Assembly: GCA_965235115.1 (NCBI GenBank)
Contig: OZ249437.1
Location: 5,890,001 to 5,954,000, forward strand
Reading direction: 5' to 3'
Length of the DNA: 64,000 bases
Source: Laetmonice hystrix
Taxonomy: Eukaryota
In this document: positions 52,301 through 64,000 of the stretch, in pieces
Layout: the number at the start of each line of letters is the position of its first letter
Numbering within the stretch: the first letter of the stretch is position 1
The notes under the pieces: generated by a model
What the model was told of the DNA's origin: nothing
What the model saw: only the letters and a program-made list of their open reading frames with translations
Databases searched by the model: none
Translations under genes and position numbers: made by a program

Positions 52301-55300
52301 CAATTTGAAATGACAAAAATTGGAGTTTTACCGTTAACTGACACTTTTAAATCGGGCGCGACAATGGTTGTTAATCGTTGGCCGGCCTGGGATATATCAG
52401 TGCGTAGGCAGGCAAGACGAATGGAGCAAACCTGTGGGACAGACACTCCTCGGGAGCCTGGGGGCTGATCAGCTAATATGCCTCCCTGGTGAGGCTTTGG
52501 GCCAGGCTCAACATGTCAGGGTCAGTAAAGGATGGACGTTTGTGCCGAGTGTGCTTGGCGCTATGTGTGTACGGCACACCTTGGCCACTCATTGTCCCTA
52601 GGCCCGATCACGTGAGTAGTTTACCAAGTGGCGGTTTGCAGCAGGCGCCCTCCGTCCACGACCTGCAGTCATGTTCACGGCCACTCCTTGGCTAGCTGCA
52701 CCACAGCATCTTGGCGAGCCATTCCCGGACTGCATCCTTACACCACTGACTGATGATCTACACTATCGTTCTGCCCGGTTACAGTCGACAAGACGCCTCT
52801 ATTATTGAGATAATAAGAAAAAATAACAGAAGCAACCTTTAGATATAAACTGCGGTGTTTTCTCCGACACCGACACACCAACAGGCAATTGACACATACA
52901 TACACCCCCCTCCCAATCATACACATTCGTGTACTCTGACAACTATGCACACACGTGGCCCATCTTGACTTTAAGTTAGTGCCTTAATCAGTGACAATAC
53001 CCTCGTAATTGATTGAGCGGAAAATGATAAAGAACTTTTGGTATCGATACGAAAATGAGAAGTATATCCGTTATTAACACGTACCGAACAGGCCATCTAA
53101 ATCAACTGCTCAGGTTTTAAACTTTAAAACAATTTACATTCTCAAAATAACACACGTACCTTTCATCTCGGAATACTATTTGGCACATGTGAATCAACAA
53201 ATCGCTGCAACTAATTTGAAATGAATTAGAAGCAAGTTGTCATGGAGGAGCAAGCGGGTAATTCGAATGCCGACCGTGGCGCTCGAAATGACGTAGCACT
53301 ATCCCATAATCACCCACCACTTCCGGTAAATCGTCTCGATCGACGAATCCGGTAGCCCTACCAACGTCCCAAACACACGTACTCAACCGAATTTAAGCGT
53401 GGCATCTAACTAAATGCCCGAAATCAATTTGCGACAGAGATTTTTGTATGCTTTGGAGGTGCCAACATGCCGGAACATGGCCCCAGCTGTCAGTCATCTG
53501 AGCATGCGTCCTTCGGGGACTCGTGATCACTTTAACCACATCATCCCTCTCGAAACTTTTTATGCATTGAGAAAAACATGTTTCACAACGGCGCGACCTT
53601 TTCTCTAGCCATAAATACATGCATTTATTTTTCTTCCATTTTACAAGATTGCATGTTAATCTAGTTTATTGCATATTTGCGCTCTGGCTTCAAATCTCCT
53701 AAGCAACGATTGCATGTCTGTGGAGAGGTCACATATACTTGTAGTACGCCAATATGTGTTTTGGATTTGGATTGGGGTTTCAACAGCCACGATCATAATA
53801 TCGAGGCGCAAAGTCCTCCAATCGTACCATAGAGTAAACAATGTTGAAACAGCACGTGCCACTGAACATGAAAGTGATACCGGGGCCTTAATCTTGAAGT
53901 GATAACCTTTTTCAACATGTCCTAAGCATTTATCTCAGACCACAGTATAAAAATCTTTAAACCCCGTCTCTTGATAACAGGCATGAGAATGGATGGCTAA
54001 TAAAAAAAATCTGAACTTATTCGAGTTGCTCAATGACATAATAATGGAATGGCCATATAAACAAAAGGTAAACCACCAAGCTCATCTCCCTCAGTTGAAA
54101 TCACCTTTGCATGCCTAGGCATGTATCATTCATATTGTCTGGATGGGGGCGGATTTTTCAAAATATTATAAAGATAAAAATAACATCAAACATTCCTTAC
54201 ACAAACCTAATGCAACAGATATGGATGAATATCTTCACCTTTATCTGGGTCAAATTTGAACCGGTTAGCTGCAAATTCTTCTTTTAGTGCGTCGATTCCG
54301 TAAACAAATTGAGTAAGAAGTGAACACTTCAATTGCAATGAGACGAACTCAAAACAGATCATTTCCATTTATCATCTTGCAATTTCTCCAAGAATATTGG
54401 GGAAATATTAGTTTATCGACATAAACCTGTCAAACTGTGTTATTTTGTTATTACGTTCACCCAAGGCATGCATCAACATGGTTATGCTTGTCCCGGAAAA
54501 TCACAGTTTGGGTGTCAGCAGAATAAATTAAATCTCGACTGTTTTCAAGGTACTCTGTTTAATGATGACATTCGCTCATGACGTTCTAATGCCTCTATCA
54601 TTTTACAAATCTCAGAGCTCGCCGAATGCTTCCTCAGGAGATAACCTCGGTCCATTTCCTAAATTCCCCCTTCTTACCTGTTAACTGTCACAAGGACTAT
54701 TAAACTGTCTATTCTAAACAATACTTGTGGAGATGGGGTAATTTCCTTCCAAACTTTTTAATCAACTTTTGCCACTGGCTACAATCATTTTATGCTGCAA
54801 TGCTTTCACAAATTTCAATCATTCGCTGGCCTGGATTGCCCTTCTGCGCAGTTTGTACATTTTCCTGAGCCTAATCAGTTGCACGCCTTCGCCACAGGAG
54901 CCAATTACTTTAAGGACGGGAGCTTTAAGCCATGCCTCATGTGTAAAAGACTTCTTCTAAGTTGCCTGGCAAGTCAGCTTATTTCAACTGATATAAAAAA
55001 TTTACAAGCTTTGGTTTCTCTTTCCCTTAATGGTCAGATGAACAATTTCGGATACTACATAAAGACCATGGTCGACGATAACCTGGGGGGTTTCTATTTC
55101 TAATTTTACGGAACCATCTTCTAACATAGATGGCAAAGGCATATCAATACACTGCCAATAGGTAGGGCCAAGTCACGGCAGGAGCAGACAGCCGCTTTCT
55201 TACCATGGAATGAAGCACGTACCGTAGCGTTAGATGGAACGCTGCATGCTGATACGAATTCCTGAATTTAAATCCATGATGCATACTTCTCTCCCAACGG

Positions 55301-55682
55301 ACATCCCAACTGACATCTTGTTGAACATTCTACCCATGTCGAACCTTGGCAGGAAGGATACGAAGCGAATTCGGCATATTTCAGTTGGAGTAGTCGGGTC
55401 ATGTGAGGCTAACTTGATCAGCTCCGCACTGTTCTTGGCGGTCGCCGGCCCGGCATTGTGAATTCGCCTCAATAAAACACTGACAAGAATAAGGGACCGG
55501 TTGGGTGCCATTCTGCTCGCCTTGTCCGCATTCGGCCAGTTTTAAATGCCGGCCTTAGTCGAAAACGTTGTACAAACACTGCAAAAATATCGATGTCTCG
55601 TGGCATGACGACAATATTGGTACTCCACATGTGCTCACCCGACCTGCAGCTAGAGCTTCAGTATCTTGATAATGTCGGCGTA

Positions 55683-55788
55683 CTGGGGCCCGTCTCACTA
55701 AAGGCTGGTTAATAACCAGATCGTTAAGTTAACATAGGAGTGAATGGAAGGCTGCTGGTTAACCAGCCTTTAGTGAGACGGACCCCAG
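55683..55788. mobile_element. 106-bp hairpin MITE
   Basis: 30-bp TIR CTGGGG(C/T)CCGTCTCACTAAAGGCTGGTTAA with 1 mismatch. GTA is directly repeated on both flanks (55680-55682, 55789-55791). Confidence 0.85.
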
Positions 55789-57278
55789 GTATACAAGTAT
55801 TATTTATATATAATTATGTGAGAAAACTGAAAGCTATCTCAGAGAACAAATGAACTTTATTTCCAGAATGTATCATTGCGATCGTATCCATACATGTACA
55901 TTCATCCATACGTATAGATAAACGCATCTTACAGAACATCCTCTCTCAAACTTGAATCATGTAATCCTGAGGAAGGTTTGGCCGGATTTCCCTTAATCAC
56001 ACCAATCTGTTGATTTCTCTAAGGTGTTGCTCCATCCGGGTGGACCCCTGACTGGTTGACACATTCACTGACCCCACAGATCCCATCCCTGGCAGGCATT
56101 AAAAGAAAAACCCAGTGTGCCCTGGGACAATGCATCACGGTTAAGTAGAGTTGTATTCTTCCTGCACTAATTGCTCCCGCTCGCAGTCTCCAAACGTTTC
56201 ACTTCATTCCCAGTGGTTTCCACCCCGCTGACTCAATCCTACACCTCCTAGGTTACCGACCAATTTATGATCGGCGCTACTGAGGAACTATCGGCCAACA
56301 TATCCTGTACCGAGTGGGGGAAGGGACGGGATGAGAACGACAGCGGATCAAAGCCTTGGCCGCTCCACCGGGGAACTCAACAGCCAGCTTCCGTATAATT
56401 GGTGCGTCTTTGGTGCGTAATCTCCTTGGCTGGTGGCCCAGCCAGGCGGTCGGGTCGAAGGTACCTGGTGGCTCCCCCTGGTGACAGTCACTCTCTCTCA
56501 TCTCGGGTCTCTCCTCTTCCCCATGTCGGCAGTGACAAAGCGACACGAACCAATCATGGGCCTTTCAAGCCTTCGAGGGTGTCTAATACCCAATCAATAT
56601 ACATTACCATTGGGACAAAGAGATAACTTTGATGTGAATTATATGGACAGACAGAATAGTAAATGTGCAGGCGTAGAATAATTGCTGCCTGGTTCTACCC
56701 TGGTGGAAGCTTGAGCAGGCAAGGGTGGATCCATTCTCATAAATGCTATTGAATTCGAACAAGATCACAGGGAAACGTGTGTGGCAATGTTGAGGGCCAA
56801 CTAAATCTATCGCGCCCAGCCTGCCACGGGCACGCATGTCGCGCAGACATTCCCACATCACGAAAACTACTGTTCCGAAAAGCGGTGAATATCACTCATG
56901 CATTAGAGTCGCCCTTTTTCCTTTAGCAACCACAAGGAAGGGCACTCAGCCCCTGCTGATAACGTGTCCGGTTAGGGAAGGTGGAGGAGACAGTGCCATC
57001 CCAGGAGATGGGACCGCTATATGTCCCCAGTCTGGCTCCGTCAACCTGTCCTTCCCCAACCGGAGTTCTCTATCCGCCCCGTGTCACTCGACATGACCGC
57101 CCAAAAGAAGCTCAATTCTCGGATAATGTCCGCCAGGCGTCGTAATTAAGATGAATGCCCATTCTGCTGCTTCCATGGGGGCTTTCAGACCTATCGCAGG
57201 CTAAGCCCCTTTTTGAAGTGGTAGACTTCTCTATGCACTATGTCTCAGGGCGTAATGACTAAAAAGCTGGTCTTAACT

Positions 57279-57381
57279 GAACCTCTCTTAGCACTTATCT
57301 CTAATTACTTAGCAGGAGCAAGACTTGATTTGGATTATATGAGCGTAGATGGTATAGGTTGGATCGAATTCGGATGTCCCA
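57279..57381 (+). mobile_element. Possible degraded LINE RT fragment
   Basis: EPLLALISNYLAG...SVDGIGWIEFGCP resembles LLxWIxNYLxGRxQxVxxDG...GVPQ of LINE RTs. Short and divergent. Confidence 0.25.
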
Positions 57382-57683
57382 CAGTAGAATCTTATACAAT
57401 GCGACTTCATCCACGGACTGAATTCAAAACCTGGGACTGGTGCTATTCTGTCGCTTGCTTCTCAGAAGTACGAAATTCAGAGAACCTTCCATAACAAGAT
57501 GAGAAACGATGAGTATAAAATAAATACCTTAACAAAAACTGGTCAATTGCAACTCAGAGACATCGACATAGCAGGCGAGAGCAGCGGGTACGAAAATAAT
57601 GGTGAACCATTTTTTTCGGAGTGTATAGATGAGATAGTCAAATTCAATTTCTGTTCATGATATGGCTCCACGGAGCTAAGAGG

Positions 57684-59678
57684 ACCGCAGGACACAGTCG
57701 TTCTGGTGGTGGTTTGGTAGTATTTTGTGTAAGAGCTAGGACTGCAGCACACAGTCGTTCTGGTGGTGGTTTGGTAGTATATTGTGTAAGAGGACTGCAG
57801 CACACAGTCGTTCTGGTGGTGGTTTGGTAGTATTTTGTGTAAGAGGACTGCAGCATACAGTCGTTCTGGTGGTGGTTTGGTAGTATATTGTGTAAGAGCT
57901 AGGACTGCAGCACACAGTCGTTCTGGTGGTGGTTTGGTAGTATATTGTGTAAGAGGACTGCAGCACACAGTCGTTCTGGTGGTGGTTTGGTAGTATATTG
58001 TGTAAGAGGACTGCAGCACACAGTCGTTCTGGTGGTGGTTTGGTAGTATTTTGTGTAAGAGCTAGGACTGCAGCACACAGCCGTTCTGGTGGTTTGGTAG
58101 TATATTGTGTAAGAGGACTGCAGCACACAGTCGTTCTGGTGGTGGTTTGGTAGTATATTGTGTAAGAGCTAGGACTGCAGCACACAGTCGTTCTGGTGGT
58201 GGTTTGGTAGTATATTGTGTAAGAGGACTGCAGCACACAGTCGTTCTGGTGGTGGTTTGGTAGTATTTTGTGTAAGAGGACTGTAGCACACAGTCGTTCT
58301 GGTGGTGGTTTGGTAGTATTTTGTGTAAGAGGACTGCAGCATACAGTCGTTCTGGTGGTGGTTTGGTAGTATTTTGTGTAAGAGGACTGCAGCACACAGT
58401 CGTTCTGGTGGTGGTTTGGTAGTATTTTGTGTAAGAGGACTGCAGCATACAGTCGTTCTGGTGGTGGTTTGGTAGTATATTGTGTAAGAGCTAGGACTGC
58501 AGCACACAGTCGTTCTGGTGGTGGTTTGGTAGTATTTTGTGTAAGAGCTAGGACTGCAGCACACAGTCGTTCTGGTGGTGGTTTGGTAGTATTTTGTGTA
58601 AGAGCTAGGACTGCAGCACACAGTCGTTCTGGTGGTGGTTTGGTAGTATATTGTGTAAGAGGACTGCAGCACACAGTCGTTCTGGTGGTGGTTTGGTAGT
58701 ATTTTGTGTAAGAGCTAGGACTGCAGCACACAGCCGTTCTGGTGGTTTGGTAGTATATTGTGTAAGAGGACTGCAGCACACAGTCGTTCTGGTGGTGGTT
58801 TGGTAGTATATTGTGTAAGAGCTAGGACTGCAGCACACAGTCGTTCTGGTGGTGGTTTGGTAGTATATTGTGTAAGAGGACTGCAGCATACAGTCGTTCT
58901 GGTGGTGGTTTGGTAGTATATTGTGTAAGAGGACTGCAGCAGACAGTCGTTCTGGTGGTGGTTTGGTAGTATTTTGTGTAAGAGCTAGGACTGCAGCACA
59001 CAGTCGTTCTGGTGGTGGTTTGGTAGTATATTGTGTAAGAGGACTGCAGCATACAGTCGTTCTGGTGGTGGTTTGGTAGTATTTTGTGTAAGAGCTAGGA
59101 CTGCAGCACACAGTCGTTCTGGTGGTGGTTTGGTAGTATATTGTGTGAGAGGACTGCAGCAGACAGTCGTTCTGGTGGTGGTTTGGTAGTATATTGTGTA
59201 AGAGGACTGCAGCACACAGTCGTTCTGGTGGTGGTTTGGTAGTATATTGTGTAAGAGGACTGCAGCATACAGTCGTTCTGGTGGTGGTTTGGTAGTATTT
59301 TGTGTAAGAGGACTGCAGCATACAGTCGTTCTGGTGGTGGTTTGGTAGTATTTTGTGTAAGAGCTAGGACTGCAGCACACAGTCGTTCTGGTGGTGGTTT
59401 GGTAGTATATTGTGTAAGAGGACTGCAGCACACAGTCGTTCTGGTGGTGGTTTGGTAGTATTTTGTGTAAGAGGACTGCAGCATACAGTCGTTCTGGTGG
59501 TGGTTTGGTAGTATATTGTGTAAAAGGACTGCAGCACACAGTCGTTCTGGTGGTGGTTTGGTAGTATTTTGTGTAAGAGCTAGGACTGCAGCACACAGTC
59601 GTTCTGGTGGTGGTTTGGTAGTATATTGTGTAAAAGGACTGCAGCACACAGTCGTTCTGGTGGTGGTTTGATAGTATT
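57684..59678. repeat. Minisatellite with 53/57-bp units, ~36 copies
   Basis: Unit GGACTGCAGCACACAGTCGTTCTGGTGGTGGTTTGGTAGTAT(A/T)TTGTGTAAGA, with or without GCTA. Confidence 0.97.
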
Positions 59679-60587
59679 TCGTCTTGTTGGCAACTGTTGA
59701 TCATCATCAACTTCAACACGGTAATAAGTCCTCTTTCTTTTGTCGTTAAGTAGAAAGGCTTCTTTTACATGGTGTGGGCAAGACGAGCTGATGTGGACAT
59801 TCAGCCAAGTCAGCATGACACCTGATTCTGGGCTCTGTGTATAATTCTGCGTATAAGCCGCTGTAAATTTTGCAAACGTAGTTGAAGGATAATAATGCGG
59901 ATTATACGGATTACGGTATTACGGTGGACAACGACCTGCGTCACTCATAGTTTGAGGATGGTGTAATCCGCCGTTCTCTGGTGCAGAGCTATGCCAGATG
60001 AGCTGACTGTATGGTGATTCTTGACAATAACATCTTATAAAAATATACGATACTATATAACGTGATCAACCACGAACGAAGTAAACATCAAGTTTGCCAG
60101 TTACACGTGAGCAACATTTAATTACATTTGCTTCTTTACACGCGTGGCCTACACCGCCCTTGAATGTTATGGCCGTTATGTAGCCATGAATCCCTTTTGG
60201 TTTCGCCAGCAGCTGTTTACGGTGTACTTGTTTATGTAATAACCGCCTTCACCACCTTAGCATCCTCACTTCCACAGCATCCGTCATCGTCCTAATACAG
60301 GCATATAAAGCGTGCATAAGAGAGGAATAATTTGCCAGGACACGCTTCACATCAGGCAGGATCACAAATCCTTTCTTTGTTGTTAAGTGCCATTGTTGTA
60401 TTGTGACCAATGGGAATTCTTTGCATTATGCATGTTGCTCTGGCTGCACGACATACAAAATATCTGCAAACACTAAAGCCTGTGGGCTGGCGCATCTCCA
60501 CCATGGCCAGATGTCCCGTAAGAGGCTTACATCTGCCACAGTGAATCGTGAACACTGTCTGGCCGCCTTATTTCTTCTCATACTTAC

Positions 60588-60632
60588 TGTCAGCATACCG
60601 CGGGACGGCTGGTGTCGTGAAGAAATCAGACC
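60588..60632 (-). CDS. Candidate 45-nt internal exon ((G)SDFFTTPAVPRYAD or GLISSRHQPSRGMLT), unidentified
   Basis: Acceptor TCAGTTTTTAACAG and donor GTAAGT. Length is divisible by 3 and two frames are open. Confidence 0.3.
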
Positions 60633-61612
60633 CTGTTAAAAACTGACGAATGAGTAACTTTTCTTTAATTGGGATTACAAATGCACTCTATTTTCAAGCC
60701 ATACTTCCTAGCATACGTTTCACTAATTCGTGTACACCATATCATTAGTTATTCAACAGCATCTATGATTATACCCCACTCTGAGTACGCCTAGAAACGG
60801 AGCTCATAACTGGGCCCGACTTCAATAAGGGGTACATTTTTCCATAGGGTCAATATTCTATCCAACACCAGCCGATCTGGTGTGCAATGCCGTGGAGCCC
60901 TGACACTGGACATCAATATCAACGTCCAGATGTTTTCTTTATTGGCAACTTTTCTTGAATACCAATCCAAAACCATTTAAATTCATATATCATGGTTGGT
61001 TGGTTGAAAATGTTATTTGACACCGTATTAAACACGGTCAGTCTCCGTCCAGGGCAGCAGATGTTTCAGCACAGCACGTCGTGTGCTACATAGGATGTGA
61101 AATAAAATACTGAAGCCTCGCGAACTTTTTTCTATTTTCTCATTAAAGATCCGAAAAACGACCAACACTCCCATGCTGGGGGTTCTGCTTGCGTTTTTTT
61201 TTTGGAGGAGGGGGGATAAAAAAAAGTTCCCCCACAAAAAATGTTTGGCTTTATTTTTTCAAAATGCCAAAATCACCTCATGGTGGTTCAACTGACCCCA
61301 AAAGTTAAAATCCTCAACGAATCGCCACTATGTATCCATTATGTTCAATAATTTATCCTGTCTACCTACCAATACCACCTGTGTTCTTTGGTAGAATATT
61401 CTCTATAATATTAGTGGCCAACCCAACGCGTGAATAGGAACTTAGCCTCCAACTGCCCGTTTCCGTGAGAATACCTTAGAGAACCGTACTCAAACCACAT
61501 GATCCATTCATCCACAATTTCTGGTGCCAATCTAGAAATTACACACCTGTTCTCTTCCCTCTGAGTATACAACCCTGCCAAAGTGCCACCAGTCAGCCTC
61601 AGTTCTACCACG

Positions 61613-62005
61613 CAACGGCGTGGGAACTGGACAACAATTGGGGGGGGGGGGGGCACATCTCAGCGCGGAACCAGCACTGCACGAACGGGGGCGCCATCGA
61701 GCGCCGAAGGCTCGACGTGACAACGTTGGTGGTGTGGGGGGAGGGGTTCTCCGCAGAAAATATTTGAATTTAGCAGGCCCCAAAAAAACGCTATTTCCTG
61801 GCATATGGAGATAGAAATTGGGGAGATTCTCAAAGCATTTAGGTGAAGTTGAGGTCTGTAGCAGAATTTAATTAAGCGGATATTGAAAATTCTGGGTCTG
61901 AAAGTGGGGGGAGGGAACAAACATATCTTTGCTCCCCACCCTGAGAAGTGGGGGGGGGGGGGGGCACATGCCCCTCCTGCCCCGCCCCCGGTTCCTATGC
62001 CAGTG
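61613..62005. mobile_element. hAT-like non-autonomous element with subterminal poly-G tracts
   Basis: Left end CAACGGCGTGGGAAC versus right-end reverse complement CACTGGCATAGGAAC (11/15). (G)n-GCACAT occurs near both ends. No 8-bp TSD is retained. Confidence 0.5.
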
Positions 62006-62159
62006 CCATATGTTCAGTCCCACTGCAAACCTACTCGTGGTTAAAAACCCACCTCATACAGCATCATAGTCTGTGTAAGTATGGCTTACCTCGTCCCATT
62101 GGTCGTGCTATTAGTCTTCTTATACTATATTTGTTAAGGGGTTCCATGAAGAAAATCTG

Positions 62160-62362
62160 TTTACCAACATCCAAGATGGCTGCTAAGCGGCCATTTTAAA
62201 TTACATCAAAAATCTATTTGACGTGCATCATGCTCAGACCGTCCCTGATTATTGTCTTAAAGTTTTATAGAATTTGACCCATACACTTCTGAGGAATTGC
62301 TGTCTACGTACAGACGGAGGGCAAGTTAGAAGCCCCTGCCCCTTCGGGTTGGGGGCTCAAAA
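62160..62362 (+). mobile_element. HINE-like element 3' portion
   Basis: TTTACCAACATCCAAGATGGC motif, an ACAGACGGA remnant and the terminal hairpin AGCCCCTGCCCCTTCGGGTTGGGGGCT (62331-62357) followed by an A-run. Parallels 3700-3757. Confidence 0.5.
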
Positions 62363-64000
62363 CCCCTTAGAGGTTCTGAACGTCAAGTTAAAATAAACAG
62401 TCATGTGCATTACCCAACAAAATACAATTTGCTGCTTCAATCCGTCTGCAAGGACATCAAGTTAACGACACCGAATAATTCCTTTATCCTCACAATAATT
62501 TGGAAATGGATAACACTAAGATGAAAGATTTCAATTTTCCATCATCTTAAAAGAGGCACTTTAGAAGCGACATGTAAAATAACAACGGTTCAAAGTATTT
62601 TCTTACAATTTCCATTAGTTTTATCATTTAATTTTCAGATCTTGTTTTTCCACGGAGCCCTGAGACCACCTAAGAATAGTCCTGGATGCACTGTAAACCA
62701 AGGTTGTTGAGGTCGCGCCACCCCATCACTGGTTCTGCTGGAAGATTTGACCCCAGCCAGTTCTGTCCTCCCCCCCCCCCCGCCAGCTGTGGCCTAGGGT
62801 CTGACTGGAGCCACGCCGGGGTCGACATCCGATAACCCCTAGAGAAGTGCCACCCCGGCGGGTGTCGGGACTGACACTCGGCTCAGTCCGCCAGGAACAT
62901 CCGACATCCACATGGCACTAGTTACAGTCTCAGTGTCGCTGTCTCCCTAGTTACATCCACAGGTCGTCAGGGGTCAACGCCATCCGTCACCTGACTGCCA
63001 TTTAGATACTAGTTACTATGGGAACAGGCGACACTGTGAAGGTGAATGTTGCTAGGATGCGGAGCACAATCGGTAATGGCTGGTCCCCCCTCGAGGGTCG
63101 GTGGCATATAAAGCTCGATCTGTGTTATACCGTCTCATTAAATGTGCATCCAATGACCTACAGGGGATTAAGGCCTACAAGTCGCTGGGTGAGGGCGGTC
63201 AGGCAGGGATTATTATGCCCACTCTAATGGTCCACACCGGAATCTCGGGAGGGCTGGTCTGCTTTCAATGTCCTCCGTGTCGGAGATTTCCGAACCATCA
63301 GAGCAGAGAATCGGGAGTGGTGGATTAAATAAAACATCACCTCCTAATAAGTGGCAACAGTAAAAGCACACCACGGGAACATAGTAACAGTCCGGATATT
63401 ATGTACTCTTTCTGTTCGACAGGACCGTCTTGGGGCCGTAGGCTAAAATTGGTGTTGGTGGTTGTGGGGGAGGGGGGGGGGCCTCAGCCCCTACTGCCGA
63501 CCCCTATGTATGACCTTGATTTCGGATTCTTATCGATATTCGTATGTACAACTACTGGTGAACAGTGATGACGATGATGGCACATATTATGAACGGACAG
63601 ATAGCGTTTCTAGCCACATCCTTCCTTACATAAAGTTGTATTTTCAGGCTACAGGAACTAAGAATTCCCACGACATCACTTCCCACAATCTCCAATCGGA
63701 AATGATACTAAACACATGAAGACGGCGAACTTGAAGGGAGCAACCTGTGGTATATATACAGCAGCTATCAAAGCATCCCTTCTAACTGGTGTATAGAAAC
63801 AACATAAGCTCCCCAGTGATGGATCAGCGACAAGCTTGTTCAGATTTTATGTTAGCAATTCCTGTTCCCCTGGGACTGATCTGATGAGCAGTGTTAGGGG
63901 GTGGTGGAGCGCGCCGTCTGACAGACCGCCTCAGACAATTCAATACATCAGGATGTTGGCGCAATCATTACTGTCTCTCTTGGCGCTGTCTTCTATCCTC

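Noticed and set aside
7217-59678. CRISPR arrays among the periodic repeats
   Set aside because: Units are contiguous with no unique spacers, there are no cas genes, and the context is eukaryotic.
7614-59816. Long ORFs in the track (295-433 aa) as genes
   Set aside because: They are translations of tandem repeats, open in several frames and on both strands, with no recognisable domain.
63430-63507. Small hAT-like element ending CCGACCCCTATG
   Set aside because: The left end matches only loosely and there is no TSD. Likely a remnant, but not supportable as a defined feature.

Overview
Eukaryotic, gene-poor, repeat-rich DNA. The repeat vocabulary (tRNA-derived SINE, TAA-flanked MITEs, HINE-like elements) resembles marine invertebrate genomes, but the species cannot be determined here. 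No intact, recognisable protein-coding gene was found. The long ORFs in the track are almost all read-throughs of tandem repeats. About 20% of the window (~12.9 kb, summed by hand) is 13 mutually unrelated minisatellite arrays (units 26-86 bp), several with two unit lengths or higher-order structure. Other content: a ~1 kb foldback-type non-autonomous DNA element, two related PIF/Harbinger-type MITEs whose ends have diverged in a concerted way, a 106-bp hairpin MITE, a SINE with TSDs, hAT- and HINE-like remnants, degraded LINE RT fragments, a probable fibronectin type III pseudo-exon and one credible unidentified 3' terminal exon. No CRISPR array or rRNA was found, and the only tRNA-like sequence is the SINE head. 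All alignments and counts were made by eye, and array boundaries are approximate.
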